DNA of 64,000 nt, taken from contig OZ241830.1 in NCBI GenBank assembly GCA_965202585.1, positions 76,136,001 through 76,200,000 on the forward strand. Direction: 5' to 3'. This DNA is from Thalia democratica. Its lineage: Eukaryota. The notes beneath the pieces were generated by a model. It saw nothing but the letters and a program-made list of their open reading frames with translations. It was not told the DNA's origin and did not search any database. Both the position numbers and the translations under genes were made by a program. This document shows, in pieces, positions 24,764 to 38,200 of this stretch; the first letter of the stretch is position 1; the number at the start of each line of letters is the position of its first letter.

Positions 24764-24961
24764 AAACAAATTATACAGTAATCTTCCTTTATTCTACCAA
24801 AATATGTTTCTGTGTGTCAACGAATCAACACACTTCAACTAGGTTGTTGATAGGAAAGATAGTTATCTTTCCTATTAACAACCCAGTTGAAGTGTGTTGA
24901 TTAGTTGACACACAGAAACATATGTTGGTAGAATAAAGGAAGATTACTGTATAATTTGTTT
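24764..24961. mobile_element. Near-perfect 198-bp palindrome, probable MITE
   Basis: 98-bp arms with 4 mismatches around a 2-nt loop. The tatacagt...actgtata motif near the ends resembles Tc1/mariner ends with a TA TSD. Confidence 0.78.
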
Positions 24962-26680
24962 TATTTATAGTCCAGTGAAGTTACTTCACTAGGATCTTTT
25001 GTTAGCAAACAATTAAACCTAAATTTTGAACAGTTATTTTTTAAATCTAATTTTTTTTTCTACTAGAAACTGATGGGGTAAATTTAACTAAATTAATTTA
25101 AAAAAGCAAAAATTATATCATTCTAACTTTTTTTAAACTTAAAACTTAAACTTTGCTCACCTTAATATTTATTCACTTAATAAAGAAATTATATTTACTT
25201 TGATGAACAAAAGATTTTATGCTACCATGATATTATTTTAAAATCATAGGTTGCCTTTTAAACTTTTCTTGAACATACTTGTTTATTTTACAAAACTCTA
25301 CAATACTCAAATCACTCTGAAAAATTAACGTAAATTGCTAATATTAATAGACGTTTAAAGTAATATACAAATCTGTGCATTCAGTTTAAAAAAAGAATAC
25401 GATTTATAAAGTTTAAAGAGTTACTAAGAGACGTTGTATTCTATGCACGTTTTTATCATGTATTCTTTTGTAAATTAAAAAATACTGTAAACTTATTTTA
25501 AAGTTTTTCATTAGCATAAAACCATCAAAAATTAATTTAAATGAACTGTGACAATAAAATAGATGCATTTAAAAACACAGTGTGTACATTGTTTTTCTAG
25601 TTAAAAAAAGACTTTAAAATTAAAAGCAACTAAAATTTTTTGAACAAAGCATTCCGCTTAATGCTTGTTGGGGTTATTTGTGTTATTTTATGAAGTATTT
25701 AAAACCGGTTTATAAATAACACTTAATATAACCCGTATAATTCGCTATGATAAAAGTACAGGTGCTACTAAGATAAACTTATTAACGTTAACTTTTTTCA
25801 ATCTTAGTTCGAGTTAAAGTTTAAACTGAGCTTTCCATTAAAATAGTCTGTATACCAGTAAAATGTTTAAACTTTCATTTCGTTGTAATTCCAAACTGTA
25901 TTTTGAAATTTACTTAAGTAAGACAACTAAAATTAACAAAAACAAAACTTTATTTTATATTTTTTTAGATTTATTTTACATTTAATCAGTAAGTTTTAAA
26001 GCTTACAAAAATAAATAAACAAAGACATTTTTTGATGAAAATTTTTTAACTTTTGTTTTTTAGATTTCAGTTTGCTATTCTCTTAATCAAGGGGCACAAA
26101 AACGAACCATAATAACCTAAAGTACAAAATAGCTTGCTTTATCGCATATGTTACTTATATCCTGTTAATTTATTTCGAGGCGTGTTTCGAGTATACAGTA
26201 ATACGGAAGTTATAAAAGTACTTTTTTACTAACTGATTGCAGAAAAAAGCGTCGTCGATAGCATTTTGTTTTGCATATAAAGAAGTAAACAAGTTTAGTA
26301 TATTTTTAACTAGTTTTTGTCCTTTTTAATGAACTGCTTTTGTTTTATAGGAGATAATCAGGAGACTTTGATTTACATATTTTTTAGGCTAAAATTGTCA
26401 GCTTTTAAACTTCTAAGTGTTTCAGTAAGTTATAAATCTATAAACTTATAATAGCTGTAAAAGGTGACAAAGTGTACATAAAAAAGTATATATAAAAACT
26501 CTTCATTCATTACACAAAAGTGGAGATAGCTAGCTTTTTATAGTTCTAGCCTAAATTGCATGTAAAAGTTTGCAATAGAAGCTTGTATATTTAAAGGAAC
26601 ATGTAGTTGTTGACTTTTATAGTAAATGGAATAGTTGTTAGTAATTAATTTCATATCCATAGAAACTTTGTAATAGTAAC

Positions 26681-26883
26681 AAATTTAAACAGTATTCTTT
26701 CTTTTTACATTAACACATGTTTCTGTGTATTAACAGGTTAATTCACTTCAACGGAGATAAGAAAACCAAGAAAATACATAGAAGAGTAGTTTCTTGATTT
26801 TCATAGCTCCGTTGAAGTGTGTTAACCCGTTAACACACAGAAACAATTGTTAATGTAATAAAGAAAATATACTGTATAATTTT
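26681..26883. mobile_element. Second, more diverged member of the palindromic MITE family
   Basis: Shares atgtttctgtgt...cacttcaac and gttgaagtgtgtt...acacagaaaca arms with 24764-24961 but has a different centre. Confidence 0.72.
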
Positions 26884-27133
26884 TTATTATTAAATATTCC
26901 AGTTTGGACTTTTAACTTAGATTTCAATAACATAACATTAGTTTAAAAGTAAAGTAAATAGATAAAAACAAGTTAGGCCTTAAAAAACGGAGAATATACC
27001 AACATAAAAAATCAAATGAACTAAATCATATTGGAAGAGGTTTTTGTTTAGTTATTAAATCATTATAACTACATTGTCATTATCATGAAGCCTTTTATTA
27101 TTTAACTTAACTTTTAATAAGGTCGTATTTAAA

Positions 27134-27351
27134 CAGGGGTCGGCAGGTTTTTGGAATTCGCGGGAAAAAATAAAATACTTGCTGGCCGCAATCGTATTTT
27201 CAGTTTTTAACTTACATAAAATACCCAGAATACCTAGAAGAATTTTCCTTAAACTTAGCCTTAGACCTTTTTTATTTTTACATCCAACCCCATAATATCT
27301 AATCTACGTTTCAACGTTTTTCTTTTGCGGGCCGCAGTTTTTCCATCCTTG
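27134..27351. mobile_element. Degenerate hAT/Charlie-like MITE
   Basis: caggggtcggca left end and gcgggccgcagttttt subterminal motif. Flanks tatttaaa/tttttata give a 6/8 TSD match. Confidence 0.5.
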
Positions 27352-27886
27352 TTTTTATATTTTGTCTATTTAATATTCTCTTTCAAGAAGCTTATATTAT
27401 CTGTATTTGGCTTAAGTTGTTTGTTTACATAAAAAGTCTTTTATTTCTAATTTTGTTTCACATTTCTTCATTTTTCAAAAGTGACGTTTTTATCACCTAG
27501 TTACAAAATTGGCCAATTTAAAGATTTGTTAACAAATTTTCTTAAATAAACTCTAATTTAATGATAAACATTTATGGTAATTTTGTAGGCATGAAAGTTT
27601 AATAATTCAAATGTGCGCTTAACTTAATTATTATGCAAAATCCGAGCCAGGAATTGCTGTTGAATACAGGACTGAAGGGAAGAAAATGTTTAATTTTGTT
27701 GAAAGTGCCTAAAAGAACAAAAAGGTTTGTTTTAAAACAATTTTCAATAATAATCTTTCTGTTGTTAGCTTTTTCAAAAAACCAACTGTTGTAAACTATT
27801 AACTCAATAATTTAAACTAAGAACACTCTAAGTTTTATATTTTGTTAATGTTCTTATTGTTCATAAACATAATTTATTATAAACAG

Positions 27887-30800
27887 CAATGAGTTACCAA
27901 GTAAAAAAGATGAAATAAATAATGTAAGCGAAAATGAACTAGACAAACCGGTTGAAAGCAAAACTTCAAATGACCAGAAGAAAAAAAATAAAAAGGATAA
28001 TAAAAAGGTAACTACTTAAAAGTTTTCTGTTCAATAAGAACTTAATTGTGACAGAGAATCTCATTATTTTCATTCATCAACTGATTGAAGGATTTTTTTA
28101 TAAACAAGCTCTTGAATAAAAAAATTTTTTTAAGTAATTTTCGTTTGCTGTTTTTAAAAGCTGTTTACATAATTTATTATCTTCAAAAAAAAATTAGACT
28201 TAGTCTGTTTTATAAACTTTTTATTACATACCTTTTGTTTCTAAATAAAATAAGCTTGTTGTGTATATATTTAATACAAACTAAAACTTGTATATTTTGT
28301 TGTGTGTAAAGCAATTTTCTTGGGTAACAAACAAATAGTCACAGATAGATTTATTCAGCAAATCTGATTTTTAGATTGCTTTGAAATTACCTTCAGCTTT
28401 TAGTTGTTTGTTTCTTTTTTTAATTTATATCTTTTTTAATGGGTATTTTTTTTTTATCTTTTAGTTTCTATCAAAACCACAGGTAGGGCCAACAAAGAAG
28501 TTTTCGGCAATTCTGACAAGATTTCTGCTACTCCTTCACTTGGCAGTAGCAATATGGAGGGTTTCACTTAATTACGACAAATTTTATTTGTTTTTCGTTT
28601 CTATCGGTGCTATAATGCTGCTTGTTGAAATGATCGTCACATTAGCTGTAAGGGGAGGAAATGAGATGAAATGGTAAAGTATACTTAAAAAAAAGTTTTA
28701 TTACTTCTTAATGTTTTTATTTATTTAGCAACGTAGTTTTTAATCAAGTTAAACTTTTTATTTAAACTAAAAAAACTAATAAAATTAAAATTAGCTATTG
28801 AAAAGGTAAATGTAGAATATTTTTTCTACTAGAGTCTAGCTAAACTCTTAACTACTATACTGGTGTGATAAATCAAAAAAAAAAATGAAGTTTAAAAAAA
28901 AGTTTATTTTTTTTTAATTTTGTTGAACAAATCTTTTTTTACTAAAAATCTTAAACTAATAAAAATAAGAATAAATTATTAAAAGGTTCAGTCCGAGTGT
29001 ATTCTTTTACCTGTTGAGTATTATTCCTTGTTTATGGTTTCTTGAAATAGCTGAACTACAGCATATTGTAGATAACTCTCCACAATGCAATCACACCTTT
29101 CTTATGAACATTTCTAATACTACTGTAAGTTTGTTTACAAAATTTAAAATAAAAACAATTTGCTCTTTTATAAAAGAACAAGAAAATTGAAAATAAAATT
29201 ATAAAAGTTGCTTTAAATAATTCTTTTACTTACGAATTAAAGAGTTCGTTTATGTACAAAGCTAAATTTTAATTTAAATAGCATCTTATAATAAAACTAT
29301 TCAAAAATATTTTAAGTTTTCGACATTTATAAAAAAACTTATAACAACAGGAAAACAGCCATACTACACCTGAACACCATAAGAGTTCTGTTTTATCAGA
29401 CATACATTCAAGAAGTATACTTTCTGTTGATAACAATGTTGGTGGGTATGCTAAAAAAGCTGACAGCAAATTAAACGACACTACTAACTTAGTTACTTCT
29501 GAACCTACTGGAGTTAATACATCAGAAAAAGTAAAAGATAAAACGTTTGGTAAGTGTAATATTAAACCTGTTTTATGTTTGATAAACTATTTGTTATTCA
29601 AAACAAAGTGTTTTCAAAAGAAACTAGTATTAATGGTTAAATAAAATTATGAAGAAAGTTATAAAAATTAAGTTCAGATTATTTACTCGTAACGTTTAGC
29701 AAAAATGTGTTTATATATATAAAAATTTATAGTTTTTATAAAAGCAATAACTATATCAAAAACTGTCAGCATTATCAATATAAAATTTATGATTTTTTTT
29801 GTGACTAAATATAAGACACTTGATGTATAACAACAACTTTAACAACAAACTAACAACAGTTGAGCGTATGGAAAGCACTTTTGAAGACACTGTTCAAGTT
29901 TTGAAACAAACAAAAGACGAAATGGTCAAGCAAGTTAAAAACTTCGTGAGTGAGTTTTAGTATTAGTTTGTATATTTTTTTCGTTATACTAATATGCTAA
30001 AAGTATGAAGTAAATCTTGTCTATTCTGAATAAAAAGAATATTTATTTTTTTATAACCTAACTTTTTTGAAATACCTTGAAACACGCGCTTGTTGATGTT
30101 AAATCCTATACTAAGCAAAATTTATTTAAATTTAAACATTGTTTTTGTGCTAAAACTCATTACAACTAAAAGTATAAATAAAAAGTATTTTAAAACAACA
30201 ACATTTAATTAGATTAGTATCAAGAACTTTAAAGGTTCTTGTGATCTAAAAAAACATCAGTGTGTTTTTAGTCGTTAGTATTCTTCGTGAAACAGTGAAA
30301 AAAACGCTTAAGGTCACGATAAAATAAAACATTAAAACCTGTTTAACTATTTACTAAGTACAAACCGTCTTATAAGTAAATTTGCTCAGTTGTATCGATT
30401 AATTTTCTTAAAAAGATAGCAAAGAAATATTTAATTGTAGCACAAACAATATATTGTTATTTTATTAAAGTTATTAAGTATGAACAGTCATTTTACTAAC
30501 ATTTATTAAGTTAACTCATTTATAGTAGTTTTTATTTGAAATATATAACATAATATACACTTTATTTAAAACAATAACTATTGTTAAATTTCTTCATTTG
30601 TTATAGTTTTTTTTAATAAATAACATAATATACACTTGTTTAAAACAACAACTGTTCTTTTTTATTTTAATTTTTGTATGACCAGTTATCTTAACATTAA
30701 TCATTAAAATAGAATGTATTTTTTTTTAGTTATCTTCAATCAACCGATTGGGAACGCGAAACTGGAAGTTAGCAATCCACCAGACCCTGATATTCGTTTT

Positions 30801-33690
30801 AGTGTTGTGCAGATGGTTATTCCCCATCGATGAAATTACCAGGGATGAGCTGAGCCAATTACTGCTGGTTTTCATTGGGATTGGAGGAGATATACTGGAA
30901 TTTGTTACTGGTAATTGTTTTTTAAAACTTGAAATTACAAACAAGTATTTTATCTATTTTTATAGATCTCGCGTTTATATTTGTACAAGCGTGAGATCAA
31001 GAAGAAAGATAAAATATTTGCAGATGCGCTCCTTATTTCATGCTTAGTTGTATTTAATTTAATGCTGAAGCTTAATTTCAAACTTGTTACGTTTAAAAAG
31101 TTTGTAAAGTATGTTATTATAAATTACGAAAATAATTTTAAACGCTACTCATAAAATTAAATATAGATTTATAAATGTCGAATTATCTTTAAACTTTTGA
31201 AGTAGTATTTTAAATGTTCTACTTTTTATACTTTACAAACAATCCTTGTTAGCAATACTGATAGTTTATTTTAATTGTATTGTTTACTTTTTGTAAGCGT
31301 TTAAAACTACAAAAATTTTACAGAAACTTTAGAAGAAGACAAAATTCACGATTGTAATTTTTTTCTGGTTTACTTTCTCTATGTGGTTTGGACAGTCAGC
31401 CTCTTTCAAGTGAGTTATTACACGAAATAGTTAAAGTCTACTTATTCATTTAAACTGCTTTTATTTAAATCTTTGTGCAAATAAGTGCTTTTAGCTCTTA
31501 AGTTTTAACAGTTAAAATACTTTGTTTCAAATATACCATATGTTTTTCTCGGTTAAGTAAACAGTAAAAACTACAAACTATTTTTTTTAATTTTTACTTT
31601 ACCAGTTCACACTAGTGATGACGGCAAGCAAGTCACGCAAGACCCGCATAGGGTTCGGTGAAAGCGGAATGACCAAAATAAGCAGGGCGAACAATTGCTG
31701 TGCCAGGTCAATATTCAACTCTGCCGAAGTGTGGGGTATCATTGTTACATTGTGTGTTCAGGTAAATTTACTAGGCTGAAAAAAAATAGTATGTAAAATA
31801 TATCTGTAAGTGTTGTTGGAAAACATAACAAAGCTTCTACATACTTTCGTAGTAAGCTATATCGACTGCTTGACTCGTTTCAGGTATAATCAAATAAGTA
31901 TAACTTACATCAATAAAAATAACAAAATATTCAATTTGTCTAAAGTGTGGCGATCATTGTCACTTTGTGTGTTCAGGTAAATATATAATAAGTATGAAAC
32001 TCTATTAGTTAACTTTACTTAATATACTTTCTAAAATAACATTCAACTTGGCTGAAATAAAGGGCGTTGTTGTCATTTTATGTGTTCAGGTAAGTTAACT
32101 TAGTTTATTAAAACATTTTTGTTTGTAAAATGTATACTCTAAGTGTTGTTGGAAAATACTACTAAGCTTCTACATAATTTCGTAGTAAGCTATATCGACT
32201 GCTTAACTCGTTTAGCTAAATAAATCTTAAGCTCAATTTTATTTTAAAGTTATAAAAATTTGGATTACTTAAAATAAAAAGAAGATAAAATATTTCTTAT
32301 TTCTTAAAAAAGAAAAAAATAGCTTAGTTTGATTCATTATCTTACTAGTTTTATAATATAAAATTAAACAGTTTAAAAAACAACTTCCGTAAAAATATAA
32401 AGACACTAGATAAACCTTTGAAACCTGTGTTCGTAATAACTTCAACTTTGTTTATTAGTTATGACATAATAACACCTTGGTAATTATTGCAATAATTAAA
32501 TTATTTTTACAGGACATACCATTCTTTTCGTTCCGATTGTACATGATACTGGTTTACCAGGAAGTACAACAAATGATGATATTCTTCACTGGAAAGAACG
32601 CACTTGTTATTGTGCTGCAGTTGTATAGACTTGTTGTCCTGAAAGTTAGTGTTAAAACTTTTAATTTACGAAATAACTATGGTTCGGTCATTTTTTAGTT
32701 TTTAGTTTAAATTTTGTTTTAAGTAGTAAACAGTTATTTTAATGTTTAATTTAGTCTACATAAGCTGTTGGTGTTCACATTAGATTTTGTTTACAATGAC
32801 ATAAAAAAGGATGACAATTTTGCGAAACTTAAATAAATTCAAGTGATTTGTTTTGTTTCTTAATTGCTGTCAATAATAATTAGTGATAAGCCAATTTTAT
32901 TTTTAATAGCTGGACAAGAAAACTACAGACAGAAAGAAAGTATCAAATTATGATAACGAACTGATTCCATTGAGAGGGGTCCTTCAAGATCTTACAATGC
33001 AAAATAAAATTTCTTTGAACAGTATAAACGACAAAATCATATCCAGTTAGTTTATATTATTGCTTGTGATAATGCTAAACTATTTTGATGCTTAAAATAA
33101 AAAATTAAAGAAACTCAAATGACCTAACTTGTAGTGATAAAAACAGTTTGAACGATAGATTTATGTCTAACACGATTATGAAAGTTATAAATACCTTGTT
33201 GTAGAAAATTGTTTAGAAAAATGTTGAAACTTAATCATTTAGCATTTCAAGTAGTATAAACGATAAATTTATAAAACTAATATTTGTGACAATCCTAATA
33301 ATTTTACTGCTGCAAATTGTTCAAAAGAATGTGGTAATCTTTAAATTACTTGACTTTTGTGCGCAGGTTAAATTTAATTCTTTGAACAGTTTCAACGATA
33401 AATCTACACCTGGAAAATTCGTAAAACTAATGTTAATAACAATGTTAATCTAGTTAGGGGCTTAATACAGTACTTATAATAAAAAAAATATCAAAAAGTT
33501 AACTTAATATGGTTTATATAAGTACAGTGCATAGCTTCTCATTAGTTTATCAGAGAAAAATAAAAAATCAAATTTTCATACAGATGCAACTTTCAAAACT
33601 AAAAGCAGCGGTGACGTCATAATAAAAATGACGCTGGACGGAAAACTTATGGGGAAAAAAGGAAAACTTTTCGATGATAAACTGGAATAA
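27887..33690 (+). CDS. TMEM26: TMEM26-like multi-pass membrane protein (start codon unresolved)
   Basis: Phase-consistent GT-AG exons: 27887-28007, 28465-28673, 28986-29124, 29351-29549, 29860-29945, 30730-30910, 31324-31409, 31606-31761, 32513-32644, 32910-33045, 33584-33690. Motifs AILTRFLLLLH..VAIWRV, KWFSPSVFFYLLSIIPCLWFLE, ITRDELSQLLLVFIGIGGDILEFVTETL and QDIPFFSFRL..FFTGKNALVIVLQLYRL match TMEM26 from memory. The last exon choice is less certain. Confidence 0.85.
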
Positions 33691-35280
33691 TATAAGAGTT
33701 TATAAATTATTCCTAATAAAACATTCAAATCGATGATATATACTTTTTTATTAACTAACTAGAACGAAGTTGATAGTTTTGTGTTAATTATCGAATAGAA
33801 GTTACTAAACTACATCTATCTCAACATATTTAATACTTTTGAGACGTTTTAAACATAGTAAAAAACGTTGTATTTTTCCAATTTTATAATGTTTGATAGC
33901 TTGACAACATTATTAAGTGTTTTTAATGAACAATGACTGTTAATGTTTTAACGTATTTTTTTTAATTGTTATACTATTGGAGAATTAAAACTTTAAACAA
34001 TAGTTTTGTTGCTCTCAGTAAAATCTTAAGACATATGTAGAAATCACTTAAAAATAGTTTAAAATTCAAGATAATGGTTTATTTTTATTTGTTTGTTTAA
34101 ACTGGAAGTTTAGAAATAAATTTTTTTATTAAGATTGTTATGTCATATAATAAGTAATTTACTAAAAGACTGCTTTTAAAACGTTCACAAAAAATGTAAC
34201 CAGTATTCTATTTGATAAAATATATTAACATGTTTCTAAATATATCAAAACACGTGTTAGAAATAGAACATTTAAAGTTTTTAGTAAATCTTCAATCACT
34301 ATACGTGTATCAGTTTGACATATTTGTCAAAACTTTCTACAGTTATAATAACAAATTTCTAAATTTAATAAATAAAACTGATTATTCATCTTTTATCAAA
34401 AAGTTTTATATTTTTCAAAACTAACAACAACTTTTTGTACTTGTGTCATCAGAATGTGTATTTTAGTAGCTATATACAGGGTTCGACATAACTTTATATG
34501 GAAATACGTAGTTAAAAAACACATTAGATAACTACGTTTTTCAGATAACTTTCCTTACACTTATGAATTAAGCTCTTTTAACAATATAAACATGTTTGTA
34601 ACAAAATAAAAGTTTACTAATAAGATAAAAGTAAGTTAAAAACTGATTTTAACACTTTTCTGTAAATTTTTAGTAGTTGTTTTTAGTATGTACTCAGTTT
34701 AAAACAGTTTAAGAAAGTTGTTCGTTCACCATTAGACCACATAAAACCACGCATTTATTAAAACAGATAGTTGTTAATAGAAATTTAACGCTCTTAATTA
34801 ATTCTAAGCTAATTGTTTAAAATTAAGTAAAGCCTTTATTTAAAAAAAAAGTTGCATTAGTTTCAGTTTACAAAATAAAACTTAACACATATAATACAGC
34901 TTTGTGGACTTATGTAAATGTAACTTTTACTTATATAATTTCTTTCATTTTCTAAAATATTGAGGATACTCAGTTCAACTTTGATAAATTGTTCGATTTT
35001 TATAAAGAAACATACTGAAATAAGTACTTATAATTTTTATACATTTACTTACCAAGCCTTTTTACCAAAATGTATGTCATAACTTGTTATTACTCTAATA
35101 ACTTTTATAATCACTAAACGTGTTCAAATCAAGTATTTTTGAACAAAATATGTACAAATGGTGTTGAGAAAACTAGTTTCATAGTAAATGCGTTCTCCAA
35201 TAGCCTGAAGGAATATTTACATGTGAGTATTTTCGCTTATCGTTTATTTCAAATCATTTACCAGCAGTGCAATACAAAGT

Positions 35281-38200
35281 ATGTTCAAACTTGCTTATTT
35301 GTTTTTGTTAATTTCGTTGAACTTGGGGATTTCATCAGCTTTTGGTCCAAGAAAGTTGTTTACTTTAGAAGTAGATGCAAACCTAGTCTCAGTCAATGTT
35401 AGTTTTTTATTTACAAAAAAAAAACTCGTTTACTTACTACTCTTAGTTTATTTAATTCTATAACATTTTATATTTAAAATAACAAGTAAAGAAAATTGTT
35501 AGTTCTTATGCATAAAACAACAGAAGTATTTACAACTTTTTTAAATGCATAAAAATATAGTGCATTTAGTTATTTAAGTTTTCTAAGTTTTTGTTTCACT
35601 TCTGAGATTTTATTATGAGCAATTCCTACATTTTATTTTTATTTTATTTTACAGTTATGAATGTTTAAAAAAGTTTAAGGTTAAAAAAACACAAGTTAGT
35701 ACTAAATAGTAAACAACCATTGAAAATAAAGATAATATAAAAACTAGTTTTTTCGTACAAAACTGCTTTATTATTTCAACTATTAAAAAGTAAATTGCTT
35801 TAAGTTTTAACAAATATCATTTTCTAATCTTTAAAAAATTTTATTTATTTGATTAAAAAATTAACTTGATTACAATAAAAATTGAATAATGTTTCCTCAC
35901 CTTTAAATTTTAGAAAATTATCCAAAAAAATTACTTAAAATAACTGATAAAATTTATTTCATTATATAAAAGTACATTTTTAGTTATTGTGAATAATTTT
36001 CAAAAGTCTAGTTTTATTAACTACTTAGTAGTTAAATGTTTAAAGCCTAAATAATATGTTTTACTAGCTTGAACTTGAAATTAAAATAAATTTTGGGTTA
36101 GTAAAGTTCAATTTGTTTTTAAATTGTAGATGAAAAATGAACATGTTTAAGACAGGCTTAAATTCTAACACAAATCTAATACTAGGCAGTTTGTAAACTG
36201 TACAAAAAACTATTCTTTTAATATATCATCTTAATAAATATGTTAGATTCTATTTTTAAGTATTATAAAAATATTATTTCCATAAACAAAAATAGTGGTT
36301 TTAACTCGTATTAAATTACACTTAAGCCATTACAAAGTTGATGTTTATGAAAATGAATTTTAAATACTAAAACACATTATATGTAAACTTAATACATTTA
36401 ATTAAAATTTTCTTAAAAAACATATTCAAACCTGTTGCTAAATGATAAAATATGATTTAAGAATACTGTATTCAAAAGGCTTTTAGAATTTGCAATAAAA
36501 AGTTCCAAATAACTTGTGTTAAATAGAAAAACGAGTACTTATAGTTAAAAGAAGTCTTATCAAAAAAATAAAACTTATGATTATTAAAACAAATAAAATT
36601 TGATCAAATAGATTTCAAAGTTTTACAAATTCTTAATTTTCAAATATTTCACCAGTTTATGTAAGTGTAACTACCAAGCGTTATGTTATCACACTCTTGT
36701 GTTAATGCGATAAAATCCGTAGTTTAATACTTCTGGTATTTCCGTTATCTTCGGCTACGATGTATTAGTCTCTATCGTTGATTAAAAAAATTTTTTTAAA
36801 CACTCTTTATCAATAGTTTTACTGTGTTTTACTTAACTTTTATAATAACTTGGGTTTATACAAACCAAAAAGCTTATTACACGTCTATACATTGTAATAA
36901 ACAAGCTTAAGGTAAAACTAACAGGCTCAAGGCTTTAAGGTTTATTTCTCGTGAAAAGTAAGTTGTTTAAAAATTTAATAATCTCATGCTTTGCTCACTA
37001 AAAAAGTTTTACCGAAGGAGTTCCAAAAAAAAAACCAAAACCTTTTTGGTGCTCAATTTAGTTTACCTTTGTAAGTACTTTGATTTTAATTTAAGCAACC
37101 AACTACACTTTATAATTTCTGAAAACTATTTATAAAACTTACATTGAAAACTTTATAGGTTACCCTACAGCTGTTTGACTGTTTGTCAACTATGAGTTTT
37201 AAGATAAAATGTTCCGTATACACTACAACTTCGCTTAATTCTTCAGAAAAACATGCTTCATGTTATTATTATTTTTAGTAATGATATTAATTCCATTATA
37301 AATATTGTATTACCGTTACTGTCAAAATCCCAAAACTACCGTAACAGGTGGTCGAAGGAACGAGGTTGGTTTTGTCGGGTACGTACTACATCGGGGTTAT
37401 TGAAAATATTCAGTGGAAGTATACCCAGCCAAACAGGTAACGTATATGACTTGCAAACTTCAAGTTTTTTTAGATTATGACTTGATAAAAGTAATAAATA
37501 AACTAAATTCGAATAGAATGAAGATTGATGTGATCAATACGGATATACCCGACCCGAGATACGTTGATAAGCTTCCTTGTTAGTTGTATTAAATGTTATA
37601 AATTATATGGATAACTGTGAACAACTACAATTAAACTTTATTGTTTAAATTCTAACAAACATTTACATACTTTCAAAGTTTACCAAAAAAACGTCTAATA
37701 AGTATAATTGATTAATTAATACAAACAATTGTACTTTTTCAAACTAAAACGTTTTTTTATTTTAGCTCCGAAATTAACGGTTGTGTGTAAAAAAAAAGTA
37801 AAAGTTTTACTTATACTGTAAGTTAAAAGTCTAAAAATTTCAATAATTTTCATAAACATTTCACAGACGGCACACTTAAAACAAAAGGGTTGTTGTATGC
37901 AGTATCTTCGTGGGCCACAAATGACACTGACGGACATATTGCCATTATGCGAACAGCTAATGGCTATGGAGGTTTATTTTTATGATGCTAAACATCTGTT
38001 ATTGTAAAGAATTCAAACATTTTTAAGTAGCTCTCTTAGCGCATAAACTGTTTAATGATGTCAAACTTCTACAAAAAAAAGAACCTATTAACTGTAATTT
38101 TTTCGATGTGATAATTTAACATTAATATAGTGAAGCTTAAGCTATGCAAAAAATTGTTCTTGAAATTATCAATAGTCATTAAGTTTACCTACAAGTAGTT

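Noticed and set aside
30965-31047. Candidate TMEM26 exon after tatag (ORF 30748-31047 tail)
   Set aside because: Spliced in phase, it gives DLAFIFVQA* and truncates the protein. Exon 31324-31409 restores the TMEM26 ETLEE motif. A minor isoform is not excluded.
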